Below are positions 41,945 to 53,249 of a stretch of 64,000 nt of DNA, piece by piece. The position numbers were made by a program, and so were the translations under genes. Source of the stretch: Omnitrophica WOR_2 bacterium RIFOXYA2_FULL_38_17. Lineage in GTDB: Bacteria; Omnitrophota; Gorgyraeia; Zapsychrales; Zapsychraceae. The stretch lies in the NCBI GenBank assembly GCA_001805965.1, contig MHHG01000027.1, positions 477 through 64,476 of the forward strand. The letters are read 5' to 3'. A model generated the notes under the pieces. The model searched no databases. It was not told where the DNA came from and worked only from the letters and a program-made list of their open reading frames with translations. Every line of letters starts with the position of its first letter. The stretch's first letter is position 1.

Positions 41945-44398
41945 ATGAGAGACTTATCAAATAGAGAAAAGATAGTGCCCGTTTATATAGAAGAAGAGAT
42001 GAAGCAATCATATCTTGCTTATTCTATGAGCGTTATTGTTGGGCGCGCGCTTCCGGATGTGCGGGATGGGTTAAAGCCGGTCCATAGACGAGTTTTATAT
42101 GCAATGAAAGAGCTTAGCCTTGAACACAGCAAGCCGTATAAGAAATGTGCGCGTATTGTCGGTGAGGTATTAGGTAAGTATCATCCTCATGGAGATACTG
42201 CGGTTTATGATACCCTGGTTAGAATGGTGCAGGATTTTTCTTTAAGATATCCTCTTATAGATGGCCAAGGCAACTTTGGATCTATAGACGGAGATTCTGC
42301 TGCTGCTATGCGCTATACGGAGGCCAGGATGGCTTCTATTTCAGGCGAAATGCTGAAAGACATTGATAAAGAAACGGTCAGTTATGCTCCTAACTTTGAT
42401 GCTACATTACAAGAGCCGGTTGTTTTACCGGCAACTTTGCCAAATCTTTTGATAAATGGATCAAGTGGTATAGCTGTAGGAATGGCAACAAATATGCCTC
42501 CACACAACATCTCGGAAGCAGTTGACGCTGCTATTTTTCTTATTGATAACCCTGATGCACTTGTAAAACAATTAAACAAGATAGTTACCGGTCCTGATTT
42601 TCCGACGGGCGGTATTATTTGTGGGCGCCAGGGCATAGTAGATGCTTATAATACAGGCCGCGGCAAAATAATAGTTCGCGCAAAAGCGAACATTGAAAGA
42701 CAAAAAGGCAATAAAGACAGGATCATTATTTCGGAGATACCTTATCAGGTTAACAAGGCAAGATTGATAGAGTCGATCGCAGAGCTAGTGTCAACCAAAA
42801 AAATAGATGGCATTACCGATCTAAGAGATGAGTCCGACAAAGAAGGCATTCGTATAGTTATAGAGTTGCGCAGGGATGTAGAACCGCAAATAATTTTGAA
42901 CTATTTGTTTAAACATACGCAAATGGAAACAACTTTTGGCATTATCAACCTTGCATTGGTTAACAATAGCCCAAAGGTTTTGAATTTAAAACAGATTTTA
43001 GTCCATTTTTTGAACCACAGAAGGATAGTTGTTAGAAAGAGAACAGAGTTTGACCTTGATAAGGCCTTGCGCAGGGCTCATGTTTTGGAAGGATTAAAGA
43101 TAGCACTAGACAATATTAACCAGGTCATTAAAACCATCAGGGAATCGAAAAGTACGCCTCTTGCAAAAGTTGCCTTGATGAAAGGCTTTGGGCTTTCAGA
43201 GATCCAGTCCCAGGCAATCTTAGAAATGCAGTTGCAAAGGTTGACCGCGCTTGAAAGAAACAAGATAGACGAAGAATACAAAGCGCTGCTTAAAGACATA
43301 GAGAATTACCGGGCTATTTTAGAATCTGAAAAAATGATAGATGATATTATTAAAGGAGAGCTTGTTGATATAAAGAAAAAATATGGCGATGAGAGAAGAA
43401 CAGAAATTGCCGGCAAGGCTGAAGAGATTGAAATAGAAGACCTTATCGCCGAGGAAGAAATGGCGATAACCATAAGCAATACCGGCTATATTAAAAGATT
43501 AGCAGTGTCTTCATATCGTAACCAGAAAAGAGGCGGCAAAGGGGTATCTGCAATGACAACAAGAGAAGAGGACTTTGTTAAACATCTATTTATTGCCTCT
43601 TCTAAAGATTATCTTTTGATATTTTCTAATAAAGGGATTGTAAGATGGCTCAAGGTTTATGAAATCCCTGTAGCCTCGCGAAATGCAAAAGGCAAGAATA
43701 TTATCAACCTGTTGTCTCTTGAACAAGATGAAGAAATAAGTTCGATTGTTGCTGTTAAAGAATTTTTTGATGACCAGTTCTTGGTTATGTCGACAGCAAA
43801 GGGTAATATAAAAAAGACAAAATTATCAGCTTTCAGCAATCCTAGAAAAAGCGGAATAGTTGCGATCAGCCTAGATAAAGGGGATCGGCTGATAGGCATT
43901 TCTTTAAGTAATGGAAGGCATGAAATTTTGTTGGCTACAAGAGAAGGAAAGGCGTTGCGGTTTAATGAAAAGCACATTCGCGATATGGGCCGTGCTGCAA
44001 GAGGAGTAAAGGGAATTAATCTGGCTAAGGATGATGAGGTCGTAAGCCTTCAGGTTTTTTCATCAGATATTGGTAAAACTGGAAGCACTTTGTTAACAGT
44101 TTCATCAGGAGGCTTTGCGAAGAGGTCAGATTTTAATGATTATCGGGTACAGGCTAGAGGAGGCAAAGGTATTATTAACTTGAAGGTAACTCCCAAGAAT
44201 GGGAATGTTGTTGGTGTTCTGGCTGTAATGACTGAAGATGAAATCATGACAGTTACAAAGACTGGGATGATAGTTCGCTGCTCTACAAAGGATATTCGTA
44301 AATCAGGCAGAAGCACGCAGGGGGTTAAGCTTATTGTGTTGAAAAGCGGAGATAGGGTCAGCTCTGTTGCGAATGTTGTGGCAAAAGAAGCTGAATAA
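41945..44398 (+). CDS. gyrA: DNA gyrase subunit A
   Basis: The active-site region [10 protein letters not shown] with its catalytic Tyr is present. There is a GyrA-box-containing C-terminal beta-pinwheel. Confidence 0.95.
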   Translation: MRDLSNREKIVPVYIEEEMKQSYLAYSMSVIVGRALPDVRDGLKPVHRRVLYAMKELSLEHSKPYKKCARIVGEVLGKYHPHGDTAVYDTLVRMVQDFSLRYPLIDGQGNFGSIDGDSAAAMRYTEARMASISGEMLKDIDKETVSYAPNFDATLQEPVVLPATLPNLLINGSSGIAVGMATNMPPHNISEAVDAAIFLIDNPDALVKQLNKIVTGPDFPTGGIICGRQGIVDAYNTGRGKIIVRAKANIERQKGNKDRIIISEIPYQVNKARLIESIAELVSTKKIDGITDLRDESDKEGIRIVIELRRDVEPQIILNYLFKHTQMETTFGIINLALVNNSPKVLNLKQILVHFLNHRRIVVRKRTEFDLDKALRRAHVLEGLKIALDNINQVIKTIRESKSTPLAKVALMKGFGLSEIQSQAILEMQLQRLTALERNKIDEEYKALLKDIENYRAILESEKMIDDIIKGELVDIKKKYGDERRTEIAGKAEEIEIEDLIAEEEMAITISNTGYIKRLAVSSYRNQKRGGKGVSAMTTREEDFVKHLFIASSKDYLLIFSNKGIVRWLKVYEIPVASRNAKGKNIINLLSLEQDEEISSIVAVKEFFDDQFLVMSTAKGNIKKTKLSAFSNPRKSGIVAISLDKGDRLIGISLSNGRHEILLATREGKALRFNEKHIRDMGRAARGVKGINLAKDDEVVSLQVFSSDIGKTGSTLLTVSSGGFAKRSDFNDYRVQARGGKGIINLKVTPKNGNVVGVLAVMTEDEIMTVTKTGMIVRCSTKDIRKSGRSTQGVKLIVLKSGDRVSSVANVVAKEAE

Positions 44399-44565
44399 GC
44401 AAGAAGCGTTAAAGCCTACAAAATTGTGCTGTGCGCGATTTTTTGTTGAATGCAACAATATAGATGTTTTTATTCTTCAGTTAAAAGCTGCGCCGCGAAG
44501 CGAGTTTTTTTGCTTGACGTATTAAGGTTTTTGAATATAATTAATGGCCTGACAGAGAATACTAA

Positions 44566-44639
44566 GACCCCATCGTCCAGCCTGGTCAGGACACAAGCTT
44601 TTCAAGCTTGCGACGCGGGTTCAAATCCCGCTGGGGTCG
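44566..44639 (+). tRNA. tRNA-Glu (anticodon UUC)
   Basis: In GACCCCATCGTCCAGCCTGGTCAGGACACAAGCTTTTCAAGCTTG...GCGGGTTCAAATCCCGCTGGGGTCG, the anticodon loop is TTTTCAA. Confidence 0.8.
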
Positions 44640-44648
44640 TTAAATAAA

Positions 44649-44684
44649 AAAAGCCTGCTCTAAAGAGCAGGCTTTTTTATTTTA
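44649..44684 (+). terminator. Intrinsic terminator after tRNA-Glu / gyrA
   Basis: AAGCCTGCTC-taaa-GAGCAGGCTT followed by TTTTTTATTTT. Confidence 0.8.
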
Positions 44685-44843
44685 TAACGCACCCTACTAT
44701 AGGCCCAAGGCAATAAATATTAGTATTTAACAGGAGACAAAGGTATCTTTTTGAAAAAAGTATTTGCCAAAAAACAACATATGTTTTAAAAATAAAAAAG
44801 CAGGATAGAACAAGCCAAGAGTTGTGTTCGGAGAAAACAATCA

Positions 44844-46034
44844 ATGGCTGGAATTAAAAAAAAGAATAAGTTTGGATTTGCCGCTTTCTTAATTGGAGTG
44901 ATTGTTTTAGAAATCTTCTCGTTTGGAGGGCTTTGTTTTGTTAAGTATTTCAAGAGAATGGAATATATAACAAAAAATTTCAAACTCTCGAGGCGACAAG
45001 AACAGTATATTAAAGATATGCTTTTAGATAAAATAAAATATTTAAATTATGATAAAGATTTAGGCTGGAATTTGAAGGCGCACGGAAAAAGCGGTAAATT
45101 CAAAGCAAATGGACAGAGCATAAGGGCTTATAAAGAATACAGCCAACTGCCGAAAGAAGGCATTTTAAGGATTGCTGCCTTTGGGGATTCTTTTGCTCAT
45201 TGTGACGAGGTTGCTAATAATGAGACCTGGCAGCATTTTATGGAGAAGAAATCTCCGGATATGGAAGTGCTGAATTTTGGAGTAAGCGGCTATGGCCTTG
45301 ATCAGGCTTATTTGAGATATTTAAAAGAAGGGCGCAAATTTCATCCGCATATTGTTTTTATATGTTTTATGCAAAATGATTATTTCCGGCATGTAAATGT
45401 CTTTAGGCCCTTTTATAACAACAATACAGGCGTTCCCTTGACGAAGCCACGTTTTACAATTGTTAATAAAAAACTCATTTTGATCAAAAATCCAATAGGG
45501 ACAAAAGAAGGCTTAGCAAGAATTATATCTCGAGAAAAACAATATTTTGCTTTGTTGGGGCAATATGATTATTATTGGCAGGTATTGCCTGAAAAATCAT
45601 TATTCGATATTTTTGCTTCAGTTAGGCTAGTTAAGATATTAATGAAAATGTATTTAGCAAATGAAAATTTTCTTTATCAAGACAATATTTATAATCCTGA
45701 TTCAGAGGCTTTTAAATTGACCGAGAAAATAGTTGATGATTTTTATGCAGAGGTTGAGCGTAATGGGTCTATCCCGGTCATAGTTGTTTTTCCTGATAAA
45801 GTTGCATTAAAGCTTTATGGCCTATTGCATAAAAGACTTTATGACCGCCTTGTAGAGAAATGGAAAGATAATGGATATAATTATATAGACCTAATGGGCA
45901 ATTTTTTGCTGGAAACAGCGCCAGATAACATTAACAGCCTTTTTGCTACAAAAGGGCATTATAATAGACAAGGGAACAGCTATGTTGCAGGGCAACTCAT
46001 CAACTATCTGCAGAGAAAAAAGCTTCTTGAGTAA
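44844..46034 (+). CDS. Membrane-anchored SGNH/GDSL-family hydrolase
   Basis: An N-terminal TM helix is present. There is a GDS block (IAAFGDSFAHCD) and a C-terminal DxxH-like region. Function unknown. Confidence 0.5.
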   Translation: MAGIKKKNKFGFAAFLIGVIVLEIFSFGGLCFVKYFKRMEYITKNFKLSRRQEQYIKDMLLDKIKYLNYDKDLGWNLKAHGKSGKFKANGQSIRAYKEYSQLPKEGILRIAAFGDSFAHCDEVANNETWQHFMEKKSPDMEVLNFGVSGYGLDQAYLRYLKEGRKFHPHIVFICFMQNDYFRHVNVFRPFYNNNTGVPLTKPRFTIVNKKLILIKNPIGTKEGLARIISREKQYFALLGQYDYYWQVLPEKSLFDIFASVRLVKILMKMYLANENFLYQDNIYNPDSEAFKLTEKIVDDFYAEVERNGSIPVIVVFPDKVALKLYGLLHKRLYDRLVEKWKDNGYNYIDLMGNFLLETAPDNINSLFATKGHYNRQGNSYVAGQLINYLQRKKLLE

Positions 46035-46145
46035 ACTAGGGAGATTTTGATCGCCATCGTTTTTTTAACTATTTAATTACAAAAATCAAGATATTGTTGT
46101 AAAGTATTAATAAGATTCTTCATATTAAATATTCCTTATTAAAAA

Positions 46146-47771
46146 ATGTATAAGACCATTATTTGTCATATCCTGGGATGGCTTCTATTATCGACCTCAA
46201 TGGCTTTTGCCAATAATATTGAAATAGAGAATGTTTCTTTAGCTGATAAGGATGCCGTAGGTAACACCTATGATATCGAATTCGACATCAGCTGGGATAA
46301 TTCCTGGTATTATGGTTCATCCTCCCCTGACAATTATGACGCTGCCTGGGTTTTCGCCAAGTTCTCAAAGTATTCCGGAGGGGCCTGGTCAGAATGGGCA
46401 CACTGTACTCTTAGCTCAAACGATACGGATCATGTTGCTCCGGCAGGATCGACAATTGATGTTGGTTTAACAACTACAGGAAAAGGTGTTTTTATTCATC
46501 GTGATTCCCCGGGCAACGGTTCAAACAATTGGGACAATGCACAGATACGATGGGCATATGGCGCTGATGGTGTTGGTGATTTTGAAAACGTAAGAATAAA
46601 AGTCTTTGGCATTGAAATGGTTTATGTCCCACAAGGGCCTTTTTATATTGGCGATACGGATAATGATCAGAACGGCAATTTTTTTACAGCAGATGGTTCT
46701 TTTGTCGAAGATGAGGTAGGCTTGCCCCAGTATACAATCACTTCGGAGGGAGCAATTACTGTAGGAACGACAGCGGGCAATTTATATTATGATGCGGAGA
46801 CCGGCAATACAGGCGATCAAGCAGGGCCCATTCCTGCTCTTTTTCCTAAGGGATATAATGATTTTTATATAATGAAATATGAGCTGACCCAAGGGCAGTA
46901 TGTGGATTTTTTAAATACTTTAAACGGAACACAGCAGGCTAACCGTATTTCAGCAGTAACTGCAGGGACCTTTATGGACGATGTTGCGCCTGGCGCAGGA
47001 GCACCTCAGGACCGCAATGGCGTTGTATGTAAGGTTGCGCCGGTTAGCGCAAAGCCAGGAGTTTATGCTAACGACCTTGATAATGATGGTGTTTACAATG
47101 AATCAACTGATGGAAAATGGATCGCAGCGAATTATCTTTCTTGGATGGATGGGGCGGCTTATGCGGATTGGGCGGCTTTACGTCCATTTACAGAGTTGGA
47201 ATTTGAAAAGGCGGCAAGAGGCCCACAGTTGATGGTTGATGATGAATATGCTTGGGGGTCAACGGAGATAACACAGGCAGAAGGAAATCCGCCTACAAAT
47301 TTTGGAGAGGCCTCAGAAGTGCCAACAACAACGGGTAATGGGCTTTGTAATTATGATGGTGCGGGAACAGACACAATAGGGCCACTACGCGTAGGATTTG
47401 CGGCTACAGGTGCAACAAATAGGATACAATCCGGTGGCGGATATTATGGGGCAATGGAGCTTTCGGGGAACGTATGGGAACAGCCCGTTACTGTGGGCAA
47501 TGACACACTAGGGCCTCAGGTCGGTGGCAGGGCCTTTGATGGCGCTCAGGGAAATGGAGCGTTGTCAGCAGGCGGATTTGCGGATGTGGAAACTTGGCCG
47601 GGATATAATACAGGCACGACAATAGTCGATGGGGCGCGTGGTAGTGGTCTTCGTGGCGGTGGATGGGCGAATTCAACCTATAATCTCGTTTCAGATCGAC
47701 AATTCTCGGCGCTCGGGTCTTCGGACAGGCAACTCCATATTGGATTCCGGTGTGCAAGGACAGCGCCATAA
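46146..47771 (+). CDS. Secreted protein with C-terminal FGE-sulfatase (SUMF1-like) domain
   Basis: It has a signal peptide and a ~160-aa N-terminal region of unknown type. The FGE hallmark segments are FYIMKYELTQGQYVDFLNTL and the C-terminal RGGGWANS...HIGFRCARTAP. Confidence 0.65.
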   Translation: MYKTIICHILGWLLLSTSMAFANNIEIENVSLADKDAVGNTYDIEFDISWDNSWYYGSSSPDNYDAAWVFAKFSKYSGGAWSEWAHCTLSSNDTDHVAPAGSTIDVGLTTTGKGVFIHRDSPGNGSNNWDNAQIRWAYGADGVGDFENVRIKVFGIEMVYVPQGPFYIGDTDNDQNGNFFTADGSFVEDEVGLPQYTITSEGAITVGTTAGNLYYDAETGNTGDQAGPIPALFPKGYNDFYIMKYELTQGQYVDFLNTLNGTQQANRISAVTAGTFMDDVAPGAGAPQDRNGVVCKVAPVSAKPGVYANDLDNDGVYNESTDGKWIAANYLSWMDGAAYADWAALRPFTELEFEKAARGPQLMVDDEYAWGSTEITQAEGNPPTNFGEASEVPTTTGNGLCNYDGAGTDTIGPLRVGFAATGATNRIQSGGGYYGAMELSGNVWEQPVTVGNDTLGPQVGGRAFDGAQGNGALSAGGFADVETWPGYNTGTTIVDGARGSGLRGGGWANSTYNLVSDRQFSALGSSDRQLHIGFRCARTAP

Positions 47772-47785
47772 AAGGTTATTAAAAT

Positions 47786-48736
47786 ATGTTAGATCTGTAT
47801 TTTTATGAGGCTTTTAGAGAAGAGGAAGCGGCAATAAAAAGATATTTGCCCAACGGGATCAGTGCAGGATTTACATGGAAAACTATTCAGGAGAACGGAG
47901 ACAGGGAGCTGCCCTCAAAGCTAATAAGTATTAGAACACAGTCTAGAATACCTCTGGAATGGGCAAAAGATCTTGACGGCATTTTAACTAGAAGCCAGGG
48001 GTACGATCATTTATTGCAATATGTGAAGGATTCAGGTGTAGATGTAAATTTTAAATATCTCGAGGGATATTGTTCCAGGGCAGTTGCAGAGCATGCGGTT
48101 TTTGTAATGATGTGTCTTTTTAGGAAGCTAAAGGCGCAGATAAAGAACTTTGATGTATTTCATCGTGAAGGATTAACTGGTATGGAGTGCAAGGGACATA
48201 AGGCCCTGGTTGTAGGTGTTGGAAGAATAGGAAGAGAGATAGTAGACTGTTTGTTGGGGCTTAAAATGGAGGTAAAAGGCGTAGATATTGACCCAAAGGA
48301 CCACAGGGTGGAGTATGTTTCTCTGGAAGAAGGCGTGGTTGAGGCAGATGTGGTCTTTTGCGCTTTGCCGCTGACCAAAGAGACTGATAAATTGTTTAAT
48401 GTTGCCGCCTTTGAAAAAGCCAAAAAAGGAATTGTTTTAGTCAACGTTTCGAGGGGAGAGATTTCGCCAATTGGAGATATCAAAATAATGCTCGAAAATG
48501 GGGTTCTTGGAGGAGCAGGTTTGGATGTTTATTGCTGTGAAAAAGGGTTGGCAGATTATCTTCGTGGTCATAGTGATACGGCTTCGGATGAGGTGAAGCT
48601 AGTGTGTGAATTAAAAAACAGGGAAAATGTTGTTTTTACGCCGCATAACGCCTTTAACACCTTTGAGGCTGTCGAAGAAAAAGCAAGACAAAGCGTAGAG
48701 GCTGTTGTTCATTTTATCAGGAAAGGGAAATGGTAA
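47786..48736 (+). CDS. D-isomer-specific 2-hydroxyacid dehydrogenase family protein
   Basis: NAD-binding GVGRIGREIV is present, along with a catalytic R/E/H region typical of D-LDH/PGDH-like enzymes. Confidence 0.8.
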   Translation: MLDLYFYEAFREEEAAIKRYLPNGISAGFTWKTIQENGDRELPSKLISIRTQSRIPLEWAKDLDGILTRSQGYDHLLQYVKDSGVDVNFKYLEGYCSRAVAEHAVFVMMCLFRKLKAQIKNFDVFHREGLTGMECKGHKALVVGVGRIGREIVDCLLGLKMEVKGVDIDPKDHRVEYVSLEEGVVEADVVFCALPLTKETDKLFNVAAFEKAKKGIVLVNVSRGEISPIGDIKIMLENGVLGGAGLDVYCCEKGLADYLRGHSDTASDEVKLVCELKNRENVVFTPHNAFNTFEAVEEKARQSVEAVVHFIRKGKW

Positions 48737-48740
48737 TAAA

Positions 48741-49394
48741 ATGTTAAAGATATATGGGGCAGACCTCTCGTCGCCAAGCAATAAAGTTAGAATGGCTGCT
48801 AATAAATTAGGGCTAAAATATGAATACATTTTAGTTGAGCTTCGTAATAAGCAACATAAAGAACAGTGGTTTTTGGATATTAATCCGGTAGGGAAAATAC
48901 CTGTTATTGATGATAATGGTTTTATTCTTTTTGAAAGTGATGCGATCATTAAATATCTTGCAAAAAAACAGAATTCGGAGATTTATCCTTCTGATCTGCG
49001 GCAGCAGGCATTAATAGACCAATGGATGGATTTTACTGCTATTCATATAGGCGGCGCTATGAGCAGGGTATTGTTTAACAGGGTTTTTGCTAAATTTGCC
49101 AAAGAAGAGGTTGATGAAATGTCCCTTAAGGCTGGTTTGAACTTTTTGCACAGGTTTTTACCAGTTGTGGATAAACAGCTTAAAGATAACCCCTATATAG
49201 CGGGAGAACTCTTTTCTTTGGCGGATATAGCCCTTCTAGCGACTCTTGATCCTGCAGAGGTAGGTGGTGTCAGCATTGAAAAGCATGAAAATATTGTAAA
49301 ATGGAGACAAGTTTTAAAAAAGCAGGCTTTTTATTTGCAATGCCATAAGGATTATGGGGAAAAAATGAAAGAAATTTTTAAGGGCAAGATATAG
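48741..49394 (+). CDS. Glutathione S-transferase family protein
   Basis: A GST N-terminal thioredoxin-like region (KIYGADLSSPSNKVRMAA...INPVGKIPVID...ESDAIIKYL) and a helical C-terminal domain are present. The start is taken at ATG 48741 rather than the longer track ORF. Confidence 0.7.
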   Translation: MLKIYGADLSSPSNKVRMAANKLGLKYEYILVELRNKQHKEQWFLDINPVGKIPVIDDNGFILFESDAIIKYLAKKQNSEIYPSDLRQQALIDQWMDFTAIHIGGAMSRVLFNRVFAKFAKEEVDEMSLKAGLNFLHRFLPVVDKQLKDNPYIAGELFSLADIALLATLDPAEVGGVSIEKHENIVKWRQVLKKQAFYLQCHKDYGEKMKEIFKGKI

Positions 49395-49426
49395 TTAACA
49401 GCACGACGCATCTAACTGAGGATAAA

Positions 49427-50218
49427 ATGAAAATAGCGGTAATTCAATTCAATGCAGGAGCAAATAAAGAAAACAATATTGAAAGAGCTTGTTTTTTTGT
49501 GGAAAAAGCCATTTCAAAACAAGCTAAATTCATTTTGCTTCCCGAAGTTTTTGTTTTTAGGGGGAACTTAGCCGCAAAGAGAGTTTTGTCTAAAGTTGCT
49601 GAAAGCATCGAGGGTAACACGATCAAAAAACTTTCTTTAATTGCAAAGAAAAACAAGGTTGCAGTTTTGGCAGGCTCGATATATGAAAAAATTTACAGAT
49701 CGAAAAAGGTTTATAATTTATCCGTTCTTATCGGGCCAGACGGCAAGATTGCTGCAAAATATAGAAAAATAAATCTTTTTGATGCAAATGTTGACGGGCA
49801 AAGAATAAGAGAGGCAAATATTTTTAAGCCAGGAGACAACAAGGCGATCGCAAAAGTTGGAGGAATGAAAGCAGGATTATCCATTTGCTTTGACCTAAGG
49901 TATCCTGAGCTGTACAGATATTATTGTTTAAAAGGCGCAGAAATTTTATGCGTTCCGTCGGCATTTACACACACAACAGGAAAAGATCATTGGGAAACGC
50001 TGTTAAGGGCCAGGGCAATAGAAAACAAATGTTTTGTTTTGGCGCCAAACCAAATTGGCAAGAACGGACAAGGCGTTTTGTGTTACGGCAACAGTATGAT
50101 AGTTGACCCTTGGGGAAAGATTTTAGCAAGGGCATCTAATAATAAGGAAGAAATTATTTATGCGGATATAAACAAAGAAGCAATAATCAAAGTAAGGACA
50201 GTCTTAGGAAGGAAGTAG
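49427..50218 (+). CDS. Carbon-nitrogen hydrolase (nitrilase superfamily)
   Basis: The catalytic triad pattern is E (LPEVF), K (YRKINLF) and C ([12 protein letters not shown]). Confidence 0.85.
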   Translation: MKIAVIQFNAGANKENNIERACFFVEKAISKQAKFILLPEVFVFRGNLAAKRVLSKVAESIEGNTIKKLSLIAKKNKVAVLAGSIYEKIYRSKKVYNLSVLIGPDGKIAAKYRKINLFDANVDGQRIREANIFKPGDNKAIAKVGGMKAGLSICFDLRYPELYRYYCLKGAEILCVPSAFTHTTGKDHWETLLRARAIENKCFVLAPNQIGKNGQGVLCYGNSMIVDPWGKILARASNNKEEIIYADINKEAIIKVRTVLGRK

Positions 50219-50220
50219 TT

Positions 50221-51204
50221 ATGGTAAAACAAAGGGTTAATGTTGCGGTTACTGGTGCTGCCGGGGCAATAGGATATGCATTGTTGTTTCGCATCGCCTC
50301 CGGGGAGATGTTTGGAAAAAGTGCGGAGATAAATTTAAGAATGTTAGAGGTCGAAGCGGCGATAGACAGGTTAGAGGGTGTTAAAATGGAAATACAGGAT
50401 TGCGCGTTTCCTCTTTTAAAATCTTTAGTTGCATCAAGCGATCCGGATGTTGTTTTTAAAGATGCTGATTGGGCTTTGCTAATTGGAAGCATGCCAAGAA
50501 AGGCCGGCATGGAAAGAAGCGAATTGTTAAAGATCAACGGATCAATTTTTACAGCGCAGGGAAAGAGCTTGTCTGAAAACGCAAAAGCAAGCTGTAAGGT
50601 TCTGGTTGTCGGAAATCCGTGTAATACAAATGCGTATATTGCAAAAGCTGCTGCAGCGAACCTTGATGGGAAAAATTTCTTTGCAATGACAATGCTAGAT
50701 CAGAACAGGGCTGCCGCGCAGCTTGCCTTGAAAGCGGGGGTTGATGTTTGTGCTGTAAAAAATATTGCTATCTGGGGGAATCATTCTTCTACACAGTATC
50801 CTGATTTTTTTAATGCCAAGATAGGGGATAAAAAAGTTGAGGAAGTTATTAAAGATGAAAATTGGCTAAAAGGAGAATTTATTGAAAAAGTGCAAACAAG
50901 AGGGGCGGCTATAATTAAAGCGAGAGGATTGTCGTCGGCGGCTTCTGCGGCAAACGCAGTAATAGATACTGTCAAACAACTAACAATCCCAACCAAAAAA
51001 GGCGAGTTTTTTTCAACAGCTGTTTGTTCAGACGGGAGCTATGGCATAGATAAGAATATAATGTTCAGCTATCCCATCAGATCTGATGGAACAGATTGGA
51101 AAATAGTTCAGGGGCTAGATATTACAGCATTTGCAGAAGAAAAAATTGAGATTACAAGAAAAGAGCTTCTGTCTGAGATACAATTGTGTAAAGAGCTGCT
51201 CTAG
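50221..51204 (+). CDS. mdh: Malate dehydrogenase (NAD-dependent)
   Basis: N-terminal [25 protein letters not shown] is present. The LDH/MDH fold has the substrate Arg and catalytic His region. Confidence 0.85.
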   Translation: MVKQRVNVAVTGAAGAIGYALLFRIASGEMFGKSAEINLRMLEVEAAIDRLEGVKMEIQDCAFPLLKSLVASSDPDVVFKDADWALLIGSMPRKAGMERSELLKINGSIFTAQGKSLSENAKASCKVLVVGNPCNTNAYIAKAAAANLDGKNFFAMTMLDQNRAAAQLALKAGVDVCAVKNIAIWGNHSSTQYPDFFNAKIGDKKVEEVIKDENWLKGEFIEKVQTRGAAIIKARGLSSAASAANAVIDTVKQLTIPTKKGEFFSTAVCSDGSYGIDKNIMFSYPIRSDGTDWKIVQGLDITAFAEEKIEITRKELLSEIQLCKELL

Positions 51205-51327
51205 ATGTAATGCATTTTCCATTTAAAGGAATTAGTTATATTTTGCTGTTAAATTTTGGGAAATTGCCTTGAGTTTTGTTTTTAGGAAATGTATACTGTT
51301 AAATATATTATTAAAAATGTTCTATAA

Positions 51328-52287
51328 TTGTTTAAAGGGAGGAATTATAACGTGGAAAAAATACGTAAAAGATTTAATTTACTTGCTATATGTCTTGTCT
51401 GTGTCTTTTTCTTTGTAGGGTGTGAACAAATTGCAGCAATTAAAGCATATTTTACCGGCGAAGATGAAGCTGTTGACAAGGCACCGGTTGTAGAGCCTGT
51501 AAAAACTACGGTCGAACAGCCGGCAATGACGCCTGACACGATTGCAAGAGTCGGCAATTGGACAATTACAAGAGATGAATTTAAAGAAAGAGTAAAAGCC
51601 TTAAAGGAAGTTGTTCCTGACTTTGATGTGGATAGCGCAGAAGCAAGAAAGATGGTAATTGATGAGTTAGTTCGTCAGCAGCTTTTAGTTATTGATGCTG
51701 AAAAGACGGGGATAGCAAACAGTAAGGACATCAAAGATGCTGTTGCTGAATTTAGAAGAACTCTTATAGTTAGGGAAGCAGCACAAAAATTGGTAGAAGG
51801 CATTACGGTCACTGACGAAGAGGCTCAAGCTTTTTATGATGAGAATAAAGAGCAGTTGATTCAGCCGCCACAGTTTCATGTAAAAGAGATAGTTGTTCAA
51901 GACAGCACTTTGGCGGAAAAGATAGTCGCTGATTTAGCAAGTGGCGCAGATTTTTCAGAAAAGGCAAAAGAGCATTCAATTAGCACAACAGCAAAAGCCG
52001 GGGGGGATGTTGGCTTTATAGATTCTGTTCCTTTTGAAGCCATGGCTCCGATACTTATGGCTATGACAAAAGGTGAAGTAAGTAAAGTGGTTGCGGCGCC
52101 TACAGGTGAATTGTATATTGTTAAGCTTGAGGATAAGACAGAAGGAAGGCAATTAGAGTTTGCAGAAATAAAGGCCGATATTATTCAGAATCAAACTCTA
52201 TTAAAGCAGCAGCAAAAGTTATTAGAAAAACTTGAAACCTTGCAGAAAGAGATCAAGGTTGAAGTAAATTACGATCTTTTAAAATAA
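51328..52287 (+). CDS. PpiC-type peptidyl-prolyl cis-trans isomerase (parvulin) lipoprotein
   Basis: A lipoprotein signal (LVCVFFFVGC) is present. The C-terminal parvulin domain is FHVKEIVV...GGDVGFI. The start is possibly the GTG at about 51352. Confidence 0.7.
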   Translation: MFKGRNYNVEKIRKRFNLLAICLVCVFFFVGCEQIAAIKAYFTGEDEAVDKAPVVEPVKTTVEQPAMTPDTIARVGNWTITRDEFKERVKALKEVVPDFDVDSAEARKMVIDELVRQQLLVIDAEKTGIANSKDIKDAVAEFRRTLIVREAAQKLVEGITVTDEEAQAFYDENKEQLIQPPQFHVKEIVVQDSTLAEKIVADLASGADFSEKAKEHSISTTAKAGGDVGFIDSVPFEAMAPILMAMTKGEVSKVVAAPTGELYIVKLEDKTEGRQLEFAEIKADIIQNQTLLKQQQKLLEKLETLQKEIKVEVNYDLLK

Positions 52288-52340
52288 ATTTTTTGACCAA
52301 TTGATAATAGGTTTCTGTTTTTTTCCAAAAATAAGCTTTC

Positions 52341-53249
52341 TTGATGTTTAAGAATGCAGGTTTTTTTACACTGTTTTTGGATGGCAGAACGGAGGACACA
52401 ATGAATCTTGAAAACAAAAAACAGTTTGTTGTTATTCTTATAGCCATTGGGCTTGGTTTAGTTGCTGCGTTTTTAACTAGCCAATATGTCCAAAACAATA
52501 TTAAGGCTCAGACAAAGGCCTTGGCGCGAGATTATGGCAAACAAAATGCTGGTTTTGCAAAAGAGATTGAGACCTTAAGAAGCGAGGTCAAAAGACAGCG
52601 TGATGAGATCAAGCAGCTCGAAACAAAGCAAAGCCAATATAAACCAGGAGTTGCAGCGCAGGCTACAACTGAAAAGGTTCAGCCAGTTGTTCAGATGGAT
52701 TCTTTTTCAGTGAGAACGCCTCCTGGAAAACGAGCAGTTACTATTTTAGTTGATTCTCTATCGGCTGTTGGAGGGCTTATTAATCCAGGAGACTTCGTTG
52801 ATATTATCGGTGAGATAAAGATACCGGAAGAATCCGGTGATGCTAAGTCTGTAAAGGACGTGACCACTGTTTTATTCCAGAATATTCAAGTGCTGGCAGT
52901 TGGAACTAATTTTAAGCCTCTTGGAAGCGCTCCTGCTTATGAAGCACAGCAAAAGGCCAGATCCCTTAACATAACAGTTGCGATAAGTCCAGAAGAGTCA
53001 GGATTGATTGCCTTTGCTCAGGCAAATGGAAAATTACAGCTGACTTTAAGGCCGCCAACGGATGGTGGTTTGCAGCTGCTTCAGGTTGCCTCTTGGGATA
53101 CTTTAGCTGAATATGTTATGGACCACCAGGGAACAGAACTCATGGTTCCTCAAAAGCAAGCAAATATTTTTGAAGCAGATGACCAAGAAAAAGATGAAGT
53201 TCGTCCTTATATCCAGATTTTTAAATCAGGAGCAGAGTCTAATTTTTAG
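52341..53249 (+). CDS. cpaB: Flp pilus assembly protein CpaB/RcpC
   Basis: An N-terminal TM anchor, a SAF-like domain and an RcpC C-terminal domain are present. The probable start is the Met at about 52401 (MNLENKK). Confidence 0.75.
   Translation: MMFKNAGFFTLFLDGRTEDTMNLENKKQFVVILIAIGLGLVAAFLTSQYVQNNIKAQTKALARDYGKQNAGFAKEIETLRSEVKRQRDEIKQLETKQSQYKPGVAAQATTEKVQPVVQMDSFSVRTPPGKRAVTILVDSLSAVGGLINPGDFVDIIGEIKIPEESGDAKSVKDVTTVLFQNIQVLAVGTNFKPLGSAPAYEAQQKARSLNITVAISPEESGLIAFAQANGKLQLTLRPPTDGGLQLLQVASWDTLAEYVMDHQGTELMVPQKQANIFEADDQEKDEVRPYIQIFKSGAESNF

Noticed and set aside
44450-44647. 65-aa plus-strand ORF
   Set aside because: It spans the tRNA-Glu gene and runs into the terminator hairpin. It is not coding.
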